Assembly: GCA_031291955.1 (NCBI GenBank)
Contig: JARLIA010000005.1
Coordinates: 74,034-138,033 of the forward strand
Direction: 5' to 3'
Length of the DNA stretch: 64,000 nucleotides
From: Minisyncoccota bacterium
Lineage (GTDB): Bacteria; Patescibacteriota; Minisyncoccia; Moranbacterales; UBA2206
In this document: positions 39,349 through 48,082 of the stretch, piece by piece
Numbering within the stretch: position 1 is the stretch's first letter
Layout: each line of letters starts with the position of its first letter
Notes under the pieces: model-generated
What the model was told of the DNA's origin: nothing
Databases searched by the model: none
The model's input: only the letters and a program-made list of their open reading frames with translations
Program-made: the position numbers and the translations under genes

Positions 39349-40569
39349 ATGAAAGTTTTTTATTCGGCTAAAAGTTTCTCCGGCGAAACCAAGAGCGGAG
39401 AAATGGAAATCAAGGACGAGCGGGATCTGGCCATGCAGCTGCGCGCTGATGGTTATATTTTGACGTCCTTTAAAGAACTGAAAAGCAATAAGGAAAAAAC
39501 GGGGCGGATAAAATTCATGAACCGCTTTATTCGAATTTCGCTCACGGACAAACTCATGTTTACCCGTAATTTGAGCGTTATGGTTTCTTCGGGCTTGCCG
39601 CTTTCCAAGGCGTTGAAAAATATCGCCCTGCAGACCAAGAAAAAAAAGTTCGCCTCCATCCTTAATAAAGTATATGATGAAATCCAAGCCGGCAATTCCT
39701 TGGCCGACGGATTGAAGGAATATCCGGGAATTTTCAACGATCTTTTCGTCAATATGATCCGGGTCGGTGAAGCTAGCGGCAACTTGGACGAAGTGTTGGA
39801 CATTCTGGCCATTCAACTGGAAAAAGAACATGATCTGATCAGCAAGATCAAAGGCGCCCTGACTTATCCGGCCGTTATTCTTGTGGCCATGTTTGGAATA
39901 GGAATCATTATGTTGACCTATGTTCTGCCAAAAATTCTTGGGGTCTTTGCGGGGATGAATGTAGAGTTGCCAGAATCGACGAAGGTCGTGATAGCCATCA
40001 GCGATTTCTTGCGCTTCCATAGCATTTTGGCGATTTCTCTTTTTGTGGGCGTGATAGTTTTTCTGAAGTTCTATTTCATGACCGAGTCTGGCAAAAAAAC
40101 CTTGGGATTTCTGGCTATAAACACTCCGCTAGTCAGCAATATGGTCATCAAAATCAATTGCGCCAGATTCGCCAGGATCTACAGCTCACTTCTCAAATCT
40201 GGCGTGTCGGTGGTTGAATCGCTGCGCATTATTTCCGACACTCTGAATAATTATTATTATCATAACGCTTTTTTGGATGGCATGGACAAAGTGCAAAAAG
40301 GAATTCCGCTTTCCGATGTGATCGCCAAAAATACGAAAATCTTTCCCGTTCTGGTGTCTCAGATGATCCAAGTGGGGGAGGAAACCGGCAAGACCGACAT
40401 GGTGCTTTTGAAGCTGGCTGAATTTTATGAAGCGGAAGTTGATCAGCTGTCCAAAAACATGTCTTCCATCATTGAACCGGTGCTGATGATCGTTATCGGT
40501 TCAGCGGTTGGCTTTTTTGCTGTTTCCATGCTTGAGCCGATGTATTCCATCATGAACCAGATACAATAA
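39349..40569 (+). CDS. pilC: Type IV pilus platform protein PilC (GspF family)
   Basis: Two T2SSF repeats and three TM segments are present. The characteristic EAGNSLADGL and EETGKTD motifs are present. Confidence 0.9.
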   Translation: MKVFYSAKSFSGETKSGEMEIKDERDLAMQLRADGYILTSFKELKSNKEKTGRIKFMNRFIRISLTDKLMFTRNLSVMVSSGLPLSKALKNIALQTKKKKFASILNKVYDEIQAGNSLADGLKEYPGIFNDLFVNMIRVGEASGNLDEVLDILAIQLEKEHDLISKIKGALTYPAVILVAMFGIGIIMLTYVLPKILGVFAGMNVELPESTKVVIAISDFLRFHSILAISLFVGVIVFLKFYFMTESGKKTLGFLAINTPLVSNMVIKINCARFARIYSSLLKSGVSVVESLRIISDTLNNYYYHNAFLDGMDKVQKGIPLSDVIAKNTKIFPVLVSQMIQVGEETGKTDMVLLKLAEFYEAEVDQLSKNMSSIIEPVLMIVIGSAVGFFAVSMLEPMYSIMNQIQ

Positions 40570-40608
40570 TCGCAAAACGCAAAACGTGGAACGTAAAACG
40601 AAAACAAA

Positions 40609-42012
40609 ATGAGGAAAAAAATTAAAAAAATAAACAGCGCTCCACGCTCCACGCTCCACGCCCCACGATTTTCGGGGTTTACTCTCATCGAAGCCATGAC
40701 CTTGCTTTTTCTTTTTACCGTTATTGTTCTGACTTTTTATCAAGTATTAACGAAAGGAACGGGGTATATGGATTATTCCAAAAACCGCCTGGGGGCTTTG
40801 GCGGTGGCCAACGAGAAAATGGAAATCGCCCGGAACCTGGATTATGCCGATGTCGGCGCGACAGGAGAAGTTGCAAGTGGCAACATTCCCCAAGACGAAG
40901 ACGTGACCCAGAATGGCCATACTTATCACGTCCACACATTGGTGACTTATGTGGACGATCCGTTTGACGGAAAACTGGGCGGATCGCCCAATGATATGAT
41001 ACCCGAAGATTATAAATTGGTGGAAATTACTGTTTCCTGGAACACTGGCGGAGCGAATGCCGGAAGCGTTTCGCTCTCGTCCCGTTTCGTGCCGAATGGA
41101 TTGGAAATAGCCGATCCGAACACCGGCATTTTGTCGATCAATGTTATCGGGAGCGATGGTTCGGCTGTGACTGGTGCGGCCGTTCATATCGTCAATTCCA
41201 ATGTCGGCATCAATGAAACGCTCCAAACTGACGCGAGCGGAAACGCGATGCTGGTGGGCGCTCCGGCCATCCAAGATTATCAGATCATGGTTTCAAAATC
41301 TGGCTATGAAACCGTGGCAACTTTGCCGCCCTATCCGACTACGCCCTACAATCCAACCTATCCGTATCAGTCGGTGATAGCCGGTTCGCTCAACATAGCC
41401 AATATTATCGAAGATAAAACGTCCAATCTCACCGTCTCAACCACGGACCAATCCGGAAGTCCCGTGCCAGGTGTCGCTTTCAAGCTCTCCGGCGGACGCG
41501 TGCTGGGAACGCAGGCAATACCGCCGTTCGCGTCGGTCTATGATACTGATAATGTCAGCAACCAGACCGGGACGAACGGAACAAAGGAGTATGATGCCAT
41601 CAGTCCGGGCCAGTATACTTTTTCGCTCTCCGGTCCAGTGAGCGGCTACACGCTGGTTGGTATCGAGCCGACCTCGCCGTTCCCGCTGGCGCCAGGACAG
41701 AGTCTTAGTTTGAATGTGGGGCTGGCCAGTACGTCTGTCACCTCTGCTTTGATCAGCGTGTTCGACAGTGTGACTAACAAGGCTCTATCTGGTGCCAGTG
41801 TGGAATTGTCTAGTGCTTCCGGCTATGACAAAACGGTGACCACGGACAGTAATGGTACGGCTTATTTTCCCGTGACTGCCGGAGACGCGACATTTATCGC
41901 TGGCAACTATACGCTTAAAGTCAGCGCCAGCAGCTACCAAGCTGACACGGAGACAGTCATGGTGAGCAATGGCACACTTTTAAACAAATCGGTTTCACTG
42001 GTTGGCAATTAA
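40609..42012 (+). CDS. Large prepilin-type protein (467 aa) with carboxypeptidase-regulatory-like beta-sandwich repeats
   Basis: RFSG|FTLIEAMTLLFLFTVIVL is a class III signal. Downstream are repeated SxxGxAVxGAxVxI... beta-sandwich modules. Confidence 0.7.
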   Translation: MRKKIKKINSAPRSTLHAPRFSGFTLIEAMTLLFLFTVIVLTFYQVLTKGTGYMDYSKNRLGALAVANEKMEIARNLDYADVGATGEVASGNIPQDEDVTQNGHTYHVHTLVTYVDDPFDGKLGGSPNDMIPEDYKLVEITVSWNTGGANAGSVSLSSRFVPNGLEIADPNTGILSINVIGSDGSAVTGAAVHIVNSNVGINETLQTDASGNAMLVGAPAIQDYQIMVSKSGYETVATLPPYPTTPYNPTYPYQSVIAGSLNIANIIEDKTSNLTVSTTDQSGSPVPGVAFKLSGGRVLGTQAIPPFASVYDTDNVSNQTGTNGTKEYDAISPGQYTFSLSGPVSGYTLVGIEPTSPFPLAPGQSLSLNVGLASTSVTSALISVFDSVTNKALSGASVELSSASGYDKTVTTDSNGTAYFPVTAGDATFIAGNYTLKVSASSYQADTETVMVSNGTLLNKSVSLVGN

Positions 42013-42014
42013 AT

Positions 42015-42653
42015 ATGATTATTAACCGAAAAAAAATATTTCAAAACCGTTCCGGTTTGACGCTTGTGGAAATGATGATGGCCATTCTGATTTTTGTCAT
42101 TGGCATGGTCGGTTTCACGTTGCTTTTTTCCCGGACCTGGCAGATAAATTCCTACACGCTCCAGTTGGGCCAGGCTTCTCTCCAGGCTTCTCAAGGGATA
42201 AACAAATTAACCGATTATATCCGGGAAGTCAGCCAGGCGGACAGCGGCGCTTATCCGATTGTGTCGGCCAATAGCAATGATCTGGTGGTTTATTCCGATT
42301 ACAATAATGACGGCGCAGTAGAGCGGCTTCATTTTTATAAATCCGGCTCGAATATTCTTATGGGCGTTACCAATCCGACAACAACTCTGCCAAAAACCTA
42401 TCCGGTTGGCGATCAGCAGACATTTACGCTGGTATCCAATGTCGTCAATAGCGGCGTTCAACCGATCTTTTCTTATTACAACAATAATTATCCCGGCGAT
42501 ACGACCAATAATCCATTGGCCGTCCCCGCTGCGGTGGCCAATATCAGGCTGGTGGAAGTGCACTTGGAAATAAACACCAATCCTGCCCGGATGGCAAATA
42601 ATGTCGAAATGCAAACATTTGTGGAAATGCGGAATATGAATGACTATGATTGA
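42015..42653 (+). CDS. Minor pilin / pseudopilin
   Basis: QNRSGLTLVEMMMAILIFVIGMVG is the prepilin motif. Confidence 0.7.
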   Translation: MIINRKKIFQNRSGLTLVEMMMAILIFVIGMVGFTLLFSRTWQINSYTLQLGQASLQASQGINKLTDYIREVSQADSGAYPIVSANSNDLVVYSDYNNDGAVERLHFYKSGSNILMGVTNPTTTLPKTYPVGDQQTFTLVSNVVNSGVQPIFSYYNNNYPGDTTNNPLAVPAAVANIRLVEVHLEINTNPARMANNVEMQTFVEMRNMNDYD

Positions 42654-42667
42654 TCATATAGCGCACA

Positions 42668-44311
42668 ATGCGAAATCCGAATATGAAGAAAAAAAATAAC
42701 ACAATAAAAAACGTTCCACGTTTTACGCTACGCGTTTCGCGACGCGAAGGATCGGCTTTGGCATACGCTTTAATTATTATGTTGGCTGTGATGATTATTC
42801 TGACGTCCCTTATCAGTTATATCGTGAGCCAAATGAACTACAGTTCCAACCAGGCGGAGAGGCAGGAAGCTTTCGAAGTGGCGGAAGCGGGCGTCTCTTG
42901 GTATAACTGGTATCTGGCCCACCAAACCGACGGCAAAACGGCCCAGCAGATCAATAACTTTTGGCAGGGAACAAGTCCCAGTCCTTTAGGCATTGGTTCT
43001 CTCTATCAGCAAACCTTTACCGCTCCGGACGGACAGACGCTGGGAAGTTACAGTCTGGATGTTCAGCGCCCCGTTCTTGGCTCGACGATCGTGATAGTTA
43101 AATCGACCGGTTGGACCAATCGGGCGCCGAATGAAAAGCGGACGATCCAAGTTCGGTTTCGTCGTCCTTCCTGGAGTGAATATGCTGTTCTGGCTAACGA
43201 TGTGATGAGGTTCGGACAAGGAACGGTGATCAATGGAAAGATCCAATCCAATTATGGTATTCGTATGGATGGAACGGCTAATAACGTCGTCTCCAGTTCA
43301 GTGGCTTCCTATGACGATCCCGACCACAGCGGCAAAGTGGAGTATGGGGTGCATACGCATCTCATTCCGCCGGCAGATACAAGCCTGGCCGATCCTTATC
43401 TTAATAACGAAGCCCCGGCCAACAACGGTCTCATCCCGCCGGATCGGCCGGATGTTTTCAAGGCCGGCCGTAAATTTCCAGTGCCGACAGTGAGCTTTAC
43501 CGGCGTAACTTCCGATTTGGCTTATATGAAAACTCAAGCGCAATCCGGTAGCGGGAAATATTTTGACAATACCGGCAAAGGGCGTCAAATAATCTTGAAT
43601 TCGAACGGTACCTATACGGTTTATACTGTCAATTCTTATGACGCGCCGCCCTCTCCCTTGCCTTCTTCAACTTCCAACACCAATTCCATCACTGGTTACG
43701 CGGGTACCAAAAATTCCAACGGAACCGGCTCGGCTTGCACGGCGTTAGTAACAATGAACGGGCCAAACACGCAATGCAAAAACAAAACAACCGGCTCTAC
43801 TTGCTATTGTTCTTCAGCGACTTATACTATTCCCAATAATGGCATTATTTTCGTAGAGGACAATATTTGGCTGGAGGGCACAATCAATAAAGAAAAGGTG
43901 ACGATTGTGGCCGCCAATATGGGCAGCGGAACGCAGGCCAATATTTTTGTCGGCAACAACAATATTCTTTATACCAATTTTGACGGGCAAGATATTCTGG
44001 GCGTGATTGCTCAAGATGACGTGGAAGTGATCAAAAACAGTCAGACCACTCTGACTTTGGACGGTGCCTTCATCGCTCAGAACGGCCGGGTGGGGCGCGA
44101 TAACTACGGCACTTCTGACTATAAAAATTCCATCACTGTCAATGGCTCCATCGCGACCAATCAGCGTTATGGTTTTTCTTGGACAGATGGATTTAATAGC
44201 TGGGGATATGACGATCGCATCCTGAACTTCGACAACAATTTGATCTATTATCCGCCGCCCTATTTTCCGACCGGTACCGAGTATTCCATAGATCTATGGA
44301 AAGAGCTGTGA
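42668..44311 (+). CDS. PilX-like pilus-associated protein (N-terminal hydrophobic helix, large extracellular domain)
   Basis: GSALAYALIIMLAVMIILTSLISYIV followed by ...EVAEAGVSWYNWYL resembles the PilX N-terminal region. It lies within the pilus locus. Confidence 0.5.
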   Translation: MRNPNMKKKNNTIKNVPRFTLRVSRREGSALAYALIIMLAVMIILTSLISYIVSQMNYSSNQAERQEAFEVAEAGVSWYNWYLAHQTDGKTAQQINNFWQGTSPSPLGIGSLYQQTFTAPDGQTLGSYSLDVQRPVLGSTIVIVKSTGWTNRAPNEKRTIQVRFRRPSWSEYAVLANDVMRFGQGTVINGKIQSNYGIRMDGTANNVVSSSVASYDDPDHSGKVEYGVHTHLIPPADTSLADPYLNNEAPANNGLIPPDRPDVFKAGRKFPVPTVSFTGVTSDLAYMKTQAQSGSGKYFDNTGKGRQIILNSNGTYTVYTVNSYDAPPSPLPSSTSNTNSITGYAGTKNSNGTGSACTALVTMNGPNTQCKNKTTGSTCYCSSATYTIPNNGIIFVEDNIWLEGTINKEKVTIVAANMGSGTQANIFVGNNNILYTNFDGQDILGVIAQDDVEVIKNSQTTLTLDGAFIAQNGRVGRDNYGTSDYKNSITVNGSIATNQRYGFSWTDGFNSWGYDDRILNFDNNLIYYPPPYFPTGTEYSIDLWKEL

Positions 44312-44414
44312 GTCATATTAGCATGTTAACATTTAAACATGTTAACAAGAAATTTTTTCAATAAAAATGTTAATATGCTAAAATAATAATGTGCTAAAAT
44401 GTTAAAATGATCCC

Positions 44415-45482
44415 ATGGCTTTTTGGAATAGAAAAATAATTAATTTGGAAGACGAGTATGTCGGAATCGAGCTGGGTGATTCTTCGGTAAAGATTTTCGA
44501 ATTGGAAAAAAATGGCAATCTGGATCGGATCAGAAGTTTCAGTTCAAAAATCATTCCTGCTGGCTGCGTCAAGGATGGAAAGATTTTGGAAAAAGAAAAG
44601 GTGGCCCGGATCATAAAGGAGGCTTTCGAACAGTCGGGGCCGAAGAAAATAAAAACTAAGAAAGTGGTCTGCTCAGTACCGGAATCAAAAGTTTTTTTGC
44701 GCATCATCAGCATTCCAAAAGTCAGCGAAGAAGAAGCTGCTGAGGCGGTCAAGTGGGAAATCGAGTCCAGTATTCCCTTGGCAGTCGACCAGGTCTATTA
44801 CGACTGGCAGTTTTTGGGAATTGCCGGCGGGAAACAGAATGTCTTGACAGTGGCGGTTGTGAAAGACGTGGCAGACCAACGGCTTGAAGTGCTCAAGCTG
44901 GCCGGATTGTCGGTTTATGGGCTGGAAATGGAGTCAATAGCTGAGACGAGAAGCCTGATACCGAGAAATGCGTCTCCCGAACAAATATTTCTGATTGTCG
45001 ACATTGGAGAAGAAAAGACCAGTTTTATAATCAGCGAAGGATCTGTCCCATATTTTACTTCGAGTATCCCATTTTCTTCGGCCGGGCTGACCGATGTCAT
45101 ATCCAAAGCCACTAGTTCCAGCATGGAAGACGCGGAAAAAATTAAGGCTACTCAAGGAATCGAACATTCTTTCGAAAACAATTCCATTTTTAAGTCAGTC
45201 CAGCCACTTCTGGAAAACCTGTCGGTGGAAATAGAAAAGACTATTGATTTTTATCAAAATATTTCCCAACAGCCGGGTGAAATAGGGCGGATAATTATTT
45301 CTGGAGGCGGTGCCGGCCTGAAAGGATTGTTGCCCTATCTTACTACTCGATTGGAAAAGGAAGTGGTTTTGGGCGATCCTTGGATAAATCTGAATCTGGG
45401 AAAAAACCTGCCGCCCATTAGTAAAGAGGATTCGTTGCGCTTCGCGACTGTCATCGGGCTGGCCATGCGCCGTCCGGACTAA
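44415..45482 (+). CDS. pilM: Type IV pilus assembly protein PilM (actin-like ATPase fold)
   Basis: YVGIELGDSSVKIFELEK... shows PilM family architecture. Confidence 0.85.
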   Translation: MAFWNRKIINLEDEYVGIELGDSSVKIFELEKNGNLDRIRSFSSKIIPAGCVKDGKILEKEKVARIIKEAFEQSGPKKIKTKKVVCSVPESKVFLRIISIPKVSEEEAAEAVKWEIESSIPLAVDQVYYDWQFLGIAGGKQNVLTVAVVKDVADQRLEVLKLAGLSVYGLEMESIAETRSLIPRNASPEQIFLIVDIGEEKTSFIISEGSVPYFTSSIPFSSAGLTDVISKATSSSMEDAEKIKATQGIEHSFENNSIFKSVQPLLENLSVEIEKTIDFYQNISQQPGEIGRIIISGGGAGLKGLLPYLTTRLEKEVVLGDPWINLNLGKNLPPISKEDSLRFATVIGLAMRRPD

Positions 45483-45522
45483 GGTATTGTTACAAATTTT
45501 GATTTTTTTAATTTAAATCCCC

Positions 45523-46077
45523 ATGGATATTCGTTTAAATCTTATCCCACCCAGAGAAAAGGAGGGTATTCTTAAAAAGAAACGGTTGAAGATGGTTATC
45601 CGCCTCGAAATTTCCGCGTCGGTCTTTTTGGTGATGTTTTTCGGCGTGCTGGTAAGTTTCAGATATATTTTGAATACGGGCTTGGCGGCTGATCAGCGCG
45701 CCCAGCAACAAAGTGAAGAAAGTTCCCAATATGGCCAGATCAAGCAGTATGACCAACAGTTCACCAAGATCAACGCGCAAGTTTCCCAGCTGACGGGAAT
45801 TGACCGGGAGCAGCTCTATTGGTCAAGGCTTTTAGACAAATTGGATAATCTTGTTTTTCCCGGCATCACACTTTCCTCGCTCACGACCAATGACTATGTC
45901 GTCAGCATGGGCGGCGTGGCCGATAACCGGGATGACCTGGTGCTTCTCAAGGAAAAACTGGGAAGTGAAAAATGTTTTTCAAATGTTGATCTGCCGCTTT
46001 CAGACCTGGTGGATCGGAACAATGTGTCGTTTCAGATCAATTTCGATATTCAACCAAGCTGTTTGGAAAACAAATAA
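45523..46077 (+). CDS. pilN: PilN-like bitopic membrane protein
   Basis: The N-terminus LNLIPPREKE followed by a TM segment is the PilN pattern. It lies directly after pilM. Confidence 0.65.
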   Translation: MDIRLNLIPPREKEGILKKKRLKMVIRLEISASVFLVMFFGVLVSFRYILNTGLAADQRAQQQSEESSQYGQIKQYDQQFTKINAQVSQLTGIDREQLYWSRLLDKLDNLVFPGITLSSLTTNDYVVSMGGVADNRDDLVLLKEKLGSEKCFSNVDLPLSDLVDRNNVSFQINFDIQPSCLENK

Positions 46078-46127
46078 TTCAAAAGAGTTATCCCAGGGCA
46101 AGTCCTTGGAATGAGCTTTTAAAAAAA

Positions 46128-46811
46128 GTGAAAAATATTTGGACAAATCATAGAATATCGGTCATTGTTCTAGGTTATGCTGTCGCGGTCGCGGTTGTCA
46201 GCTATTTTGTTTTTTGGCCGCTGGTGGCGGACATTCGGAACACTGCGGACGCGATTCAGGAAAATCTGCTTGATCAGCAGATCGACAAAACGCGCCTTCA
46301 AAATCTAGCTGGAATGCAAAAAGACGGAGTGGACTATCAAGCTGAAAAAAATTCTTTGAATGTTATTTTGGATCCGGGCAGTGAGGTGGGTTTTATTGAA
46401 GGCGTGGAAGCGATCGCTTCCAACACTAAAAATGCCATCAATCTTCAAATCGGTGATCATTCCGATCCAGCTCAAATCGCCAAAATGGGGAAAGTCAATG
46501 CCGCTGCCAGTAAGTCGAAAGCTCCCCAGGGTATCTTGGACAGTCTAACCCACAATAACTATTATCCGGTCCAAATAAATCTGACTGGCGATTATTCGGG
46601 TCTGGTTAATTTCATCCACGCTTTGGAAAATATGCAGTTTTATGTCAACATTGTTTCGATCAGTGTTAATAAAAATCAGGTTCCGGCCGATTCTTCCGGG
46701 AGCGTGTCGGGCAATATTTTCTCCAGCCAGCCAAATGCCGGAAATAGCAATGCCGATCAAAAAGAAGTTTTAAATACAATTATAAACGCGGTAGTTTACA
46801 CGCAAAAATAA
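46128..46811 (+). CDS. pilO: PilO-like bitopic membrane protein
   Basis: A TM segment is followed by a coiled coil. It lies at the pilO position after pilN. Confidence 0.55.
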   Translation: MKNIWTNHRISVIVLGYAVAVAVVSYFVFWPLVADIRNTADAIQENLLDQQIDKTRLQNLAGMQKDGVDYQAEKNSLNVILDPGSEVGFIEGVEAIASNTKNAINLQIGDHSDPAQIAKMGKVNAAASKSKAPQGILDSLTHNNYYPVQINLTGDYSGLVNFIHALENMQFYVNIVSISVNKNQVPADSSGSVSGNIFSSQPNAGNSNADQKEVLNTIINAVVYTQK

Positions 46812-47296
46812 TGGACCTCAATATAAACGGCGAAAATTTAAAAAATTTTTTCAAGTGGAGCAACGTCCGGGAAGGTTTTTTCGACTTTTTGGGACGCTGG
46901 GCTAAGTTGCTCTTACTTCTTCTGGCTGTTGCAGGCACGGCCTATTGTGTTTATCTTTGGTATATTTTTATTTATAATCCCGGTTGGAGCGATGTCCAAA
47001 AGCAGCACTATATCCAGACGAAAGGCCAGGGAGTTGTTTTTGACCAAGCCAAATTCAACGCTCTGGTGACGGTTGCCAAGAACCGGGACGTCGCCGAAAA
47101 ACAAGCGCTGACTAACGTGCTGGACATCTTTCGCCTGAAGTCGCTGATTGTGCCGCCCGGCGCGTCTGATTCCAGCACTACTCCCGCCGCCAATCCGCCC
47201 GCCAATTCCGCCACCACGTCCGACTCCAGCGCTGCTCCAGTCGCCAAGTCGCCAGCTTCCAGCCCGCCAGTCGTGGCGAGTCCTTCCGGAAACTAA
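46811..47296 (+). CDS. Hypothetical membrane protein with a Pro/Ser/Ala-rich tail (possible PilP-like component)
   Basis: One TM segment is followed by a low-complexity PAS-rich C-terminus. Position alone suggests a pilus role. Confidence 0.4.
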   Translation: MDLNINGENLKNFFKWSNVREGFFDFLGRWAKLLLLLLAVAGTAYCVYLWYIFIYNPGWSDVQKQHYIQTKGQGVVFDQAKFNALVTVAKNRDVAEKQALTNVLDIFRLKSLIVPPGASDSSTTPAANPPANSATTSDSSAAPVAKSPASSPPVVASPSGN

Positions 47297-47330
47297 AAAA
47301 CAATCCCGCCATGGAATTGTTTTTTTGTCG

Positions 47331-47620
47331 CGTGCGCCCTGAGGGATTCGAACCCCCGACCCCTTGGTCCCCCGCCTGCCACGCCGTGCCCTCGTCAGGA
47401 CTCGAACCTGAAACGCTTGTTCCGAAGACAAGTGTGATATCCCCGCCTGCCTACGCCTGTGCCCCCTAAAGGAATCGAACCTTTAACCTTCTGGTCCGAA
47501 GCCAGACGCTCTATCCATTGAGCTAAAGGGGCGCAGGCATAGGCGGGCACGGCGTTTCACCACGAGGGCGTGTACGGCGGGCAGGGAAGCCAAGTACTCT
47601 ATCCACTGAGCTAAGGGCGC
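47331..47620 (-). other. Nested tRNA-like array: two matched 5'/3' tRNA half pairs bracket tRNA-Arg(TCG) and are joined by long GC-rich helices
   Basis: The outer 5' half GCGCCCTTAGCTCAGTGGATAGAGTACTTGG (47619 downward) matches the 3' half CCAAGGGGTCGGGGGTTCGAATCCCTCAGGGCGCA (47368-47333). A middle pair has acceptor GCCCTCG / CGAGGGC, D-stem GTGA/TCAC, and anticodon arm CTTGTCTTCGGAACAAG. GC-rich inverted repeats flank each layer. Confidence 0.3.
47459..47531 (-). tRNA. tRNA-Arg (anticodon TCG)
   Basis: It is a canonical 73-nt cloverleaf: acceptor GCCCCTT/AGGGGGC, D-arm GCTCAATGGATAGAGC, anticodon loop CTTCGGA, T-loop TTCGATT. Confidence 0.8.
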
Positions 47621-47705
47621 ATAAATACATTCTGGCATTTCTTGGTAATTCCGTCCAGCGCGGATACGTAATTAATTACGTACGCAGTTGATAAGACTAA
47701 TAAAA

Positions 47706-47730
47706 ATGACCGGCAGTCCGGTCATTTTAT
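47706..47730. terminator. Bidirectional hairpin terminator (GACCGG-CAGT-CCGGTC) inside the tRNA cluster
   Basis: An inverted repeat with T/A-rich flanks lies between tRNA-His and the nested tRNA array. Confidence 0.4.
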
Positions 47731-47740
47731 CATGCTCTAT

Positions 47741-47813
47741 GGGCGGTCACTGGGAGTTGAACCCAGCTTCTCGGTACCACAAACCGATGTCTTACCGATA
47801 GACGATGACCGCC
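47741..47813 (-). tRNA. tRNA-His (anticodon GTG)
   Basis: An 8-bp acceptor including G-1 (GGCGGTCA/TGACCGCC) is present. The anticodon loop is TTGTGGT, the T-loop is TTCAACT, and the discriminator is C. Confidence 0.8.
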
Positions 47814-47819
47814 ATATTG

Positions 47820-47892
47820 TGCGCCCACCAGGGCTCGAACCTGGGACCGTTTGCTTAAGAGGCAACTGCTCTACCAACTGAGCTATGGGCGC
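47820..47892 (-). tRNA. tRNA-Lys (anticodon CTT)
   Basis: Acceptor GCGCCCA/TGGGCGC. D-arm GCTCAGTTGGTAGAGC. Anticodon loop CTCTTAA. T-loop TTCGAGC. Confidence 0.85.
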
Positions 47893-47937
47893 GAAAAATA
47901 AAACATTTTAATATGTTCGAATGTTAATATGCTTTTG

Positions 47938-48010
47938 TGCGCCGAGCAGGAATCGGACCTGCGACCAAAAGGTTAGAAACCTTCTGCTCTATCCACTGAG
48001 CTACCGGCGC
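47938..48010 (-). tRNA. tRNA-Arg (anticodon TCT)
   Basis: Acceptor GCGCCGG/TCGGCGC. Anticodon loop TTTCTAA. The T-loop TCCGATT is atypical. Confidence 0.8.
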
Positions 48011-48082
48011 GGGATTCCCGACACACTCAAAATACTAGCGCATTTTAAGCCATTAGTCAACATCGGGACGTTTTCACAATTA

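Noticed and set aside
39271-40020. A 249-aa ORF on the minus strand
   Set aside because: It is antisense to pilC, which has unmistakable GspF-family motifs. The ORF has no recognisable features.
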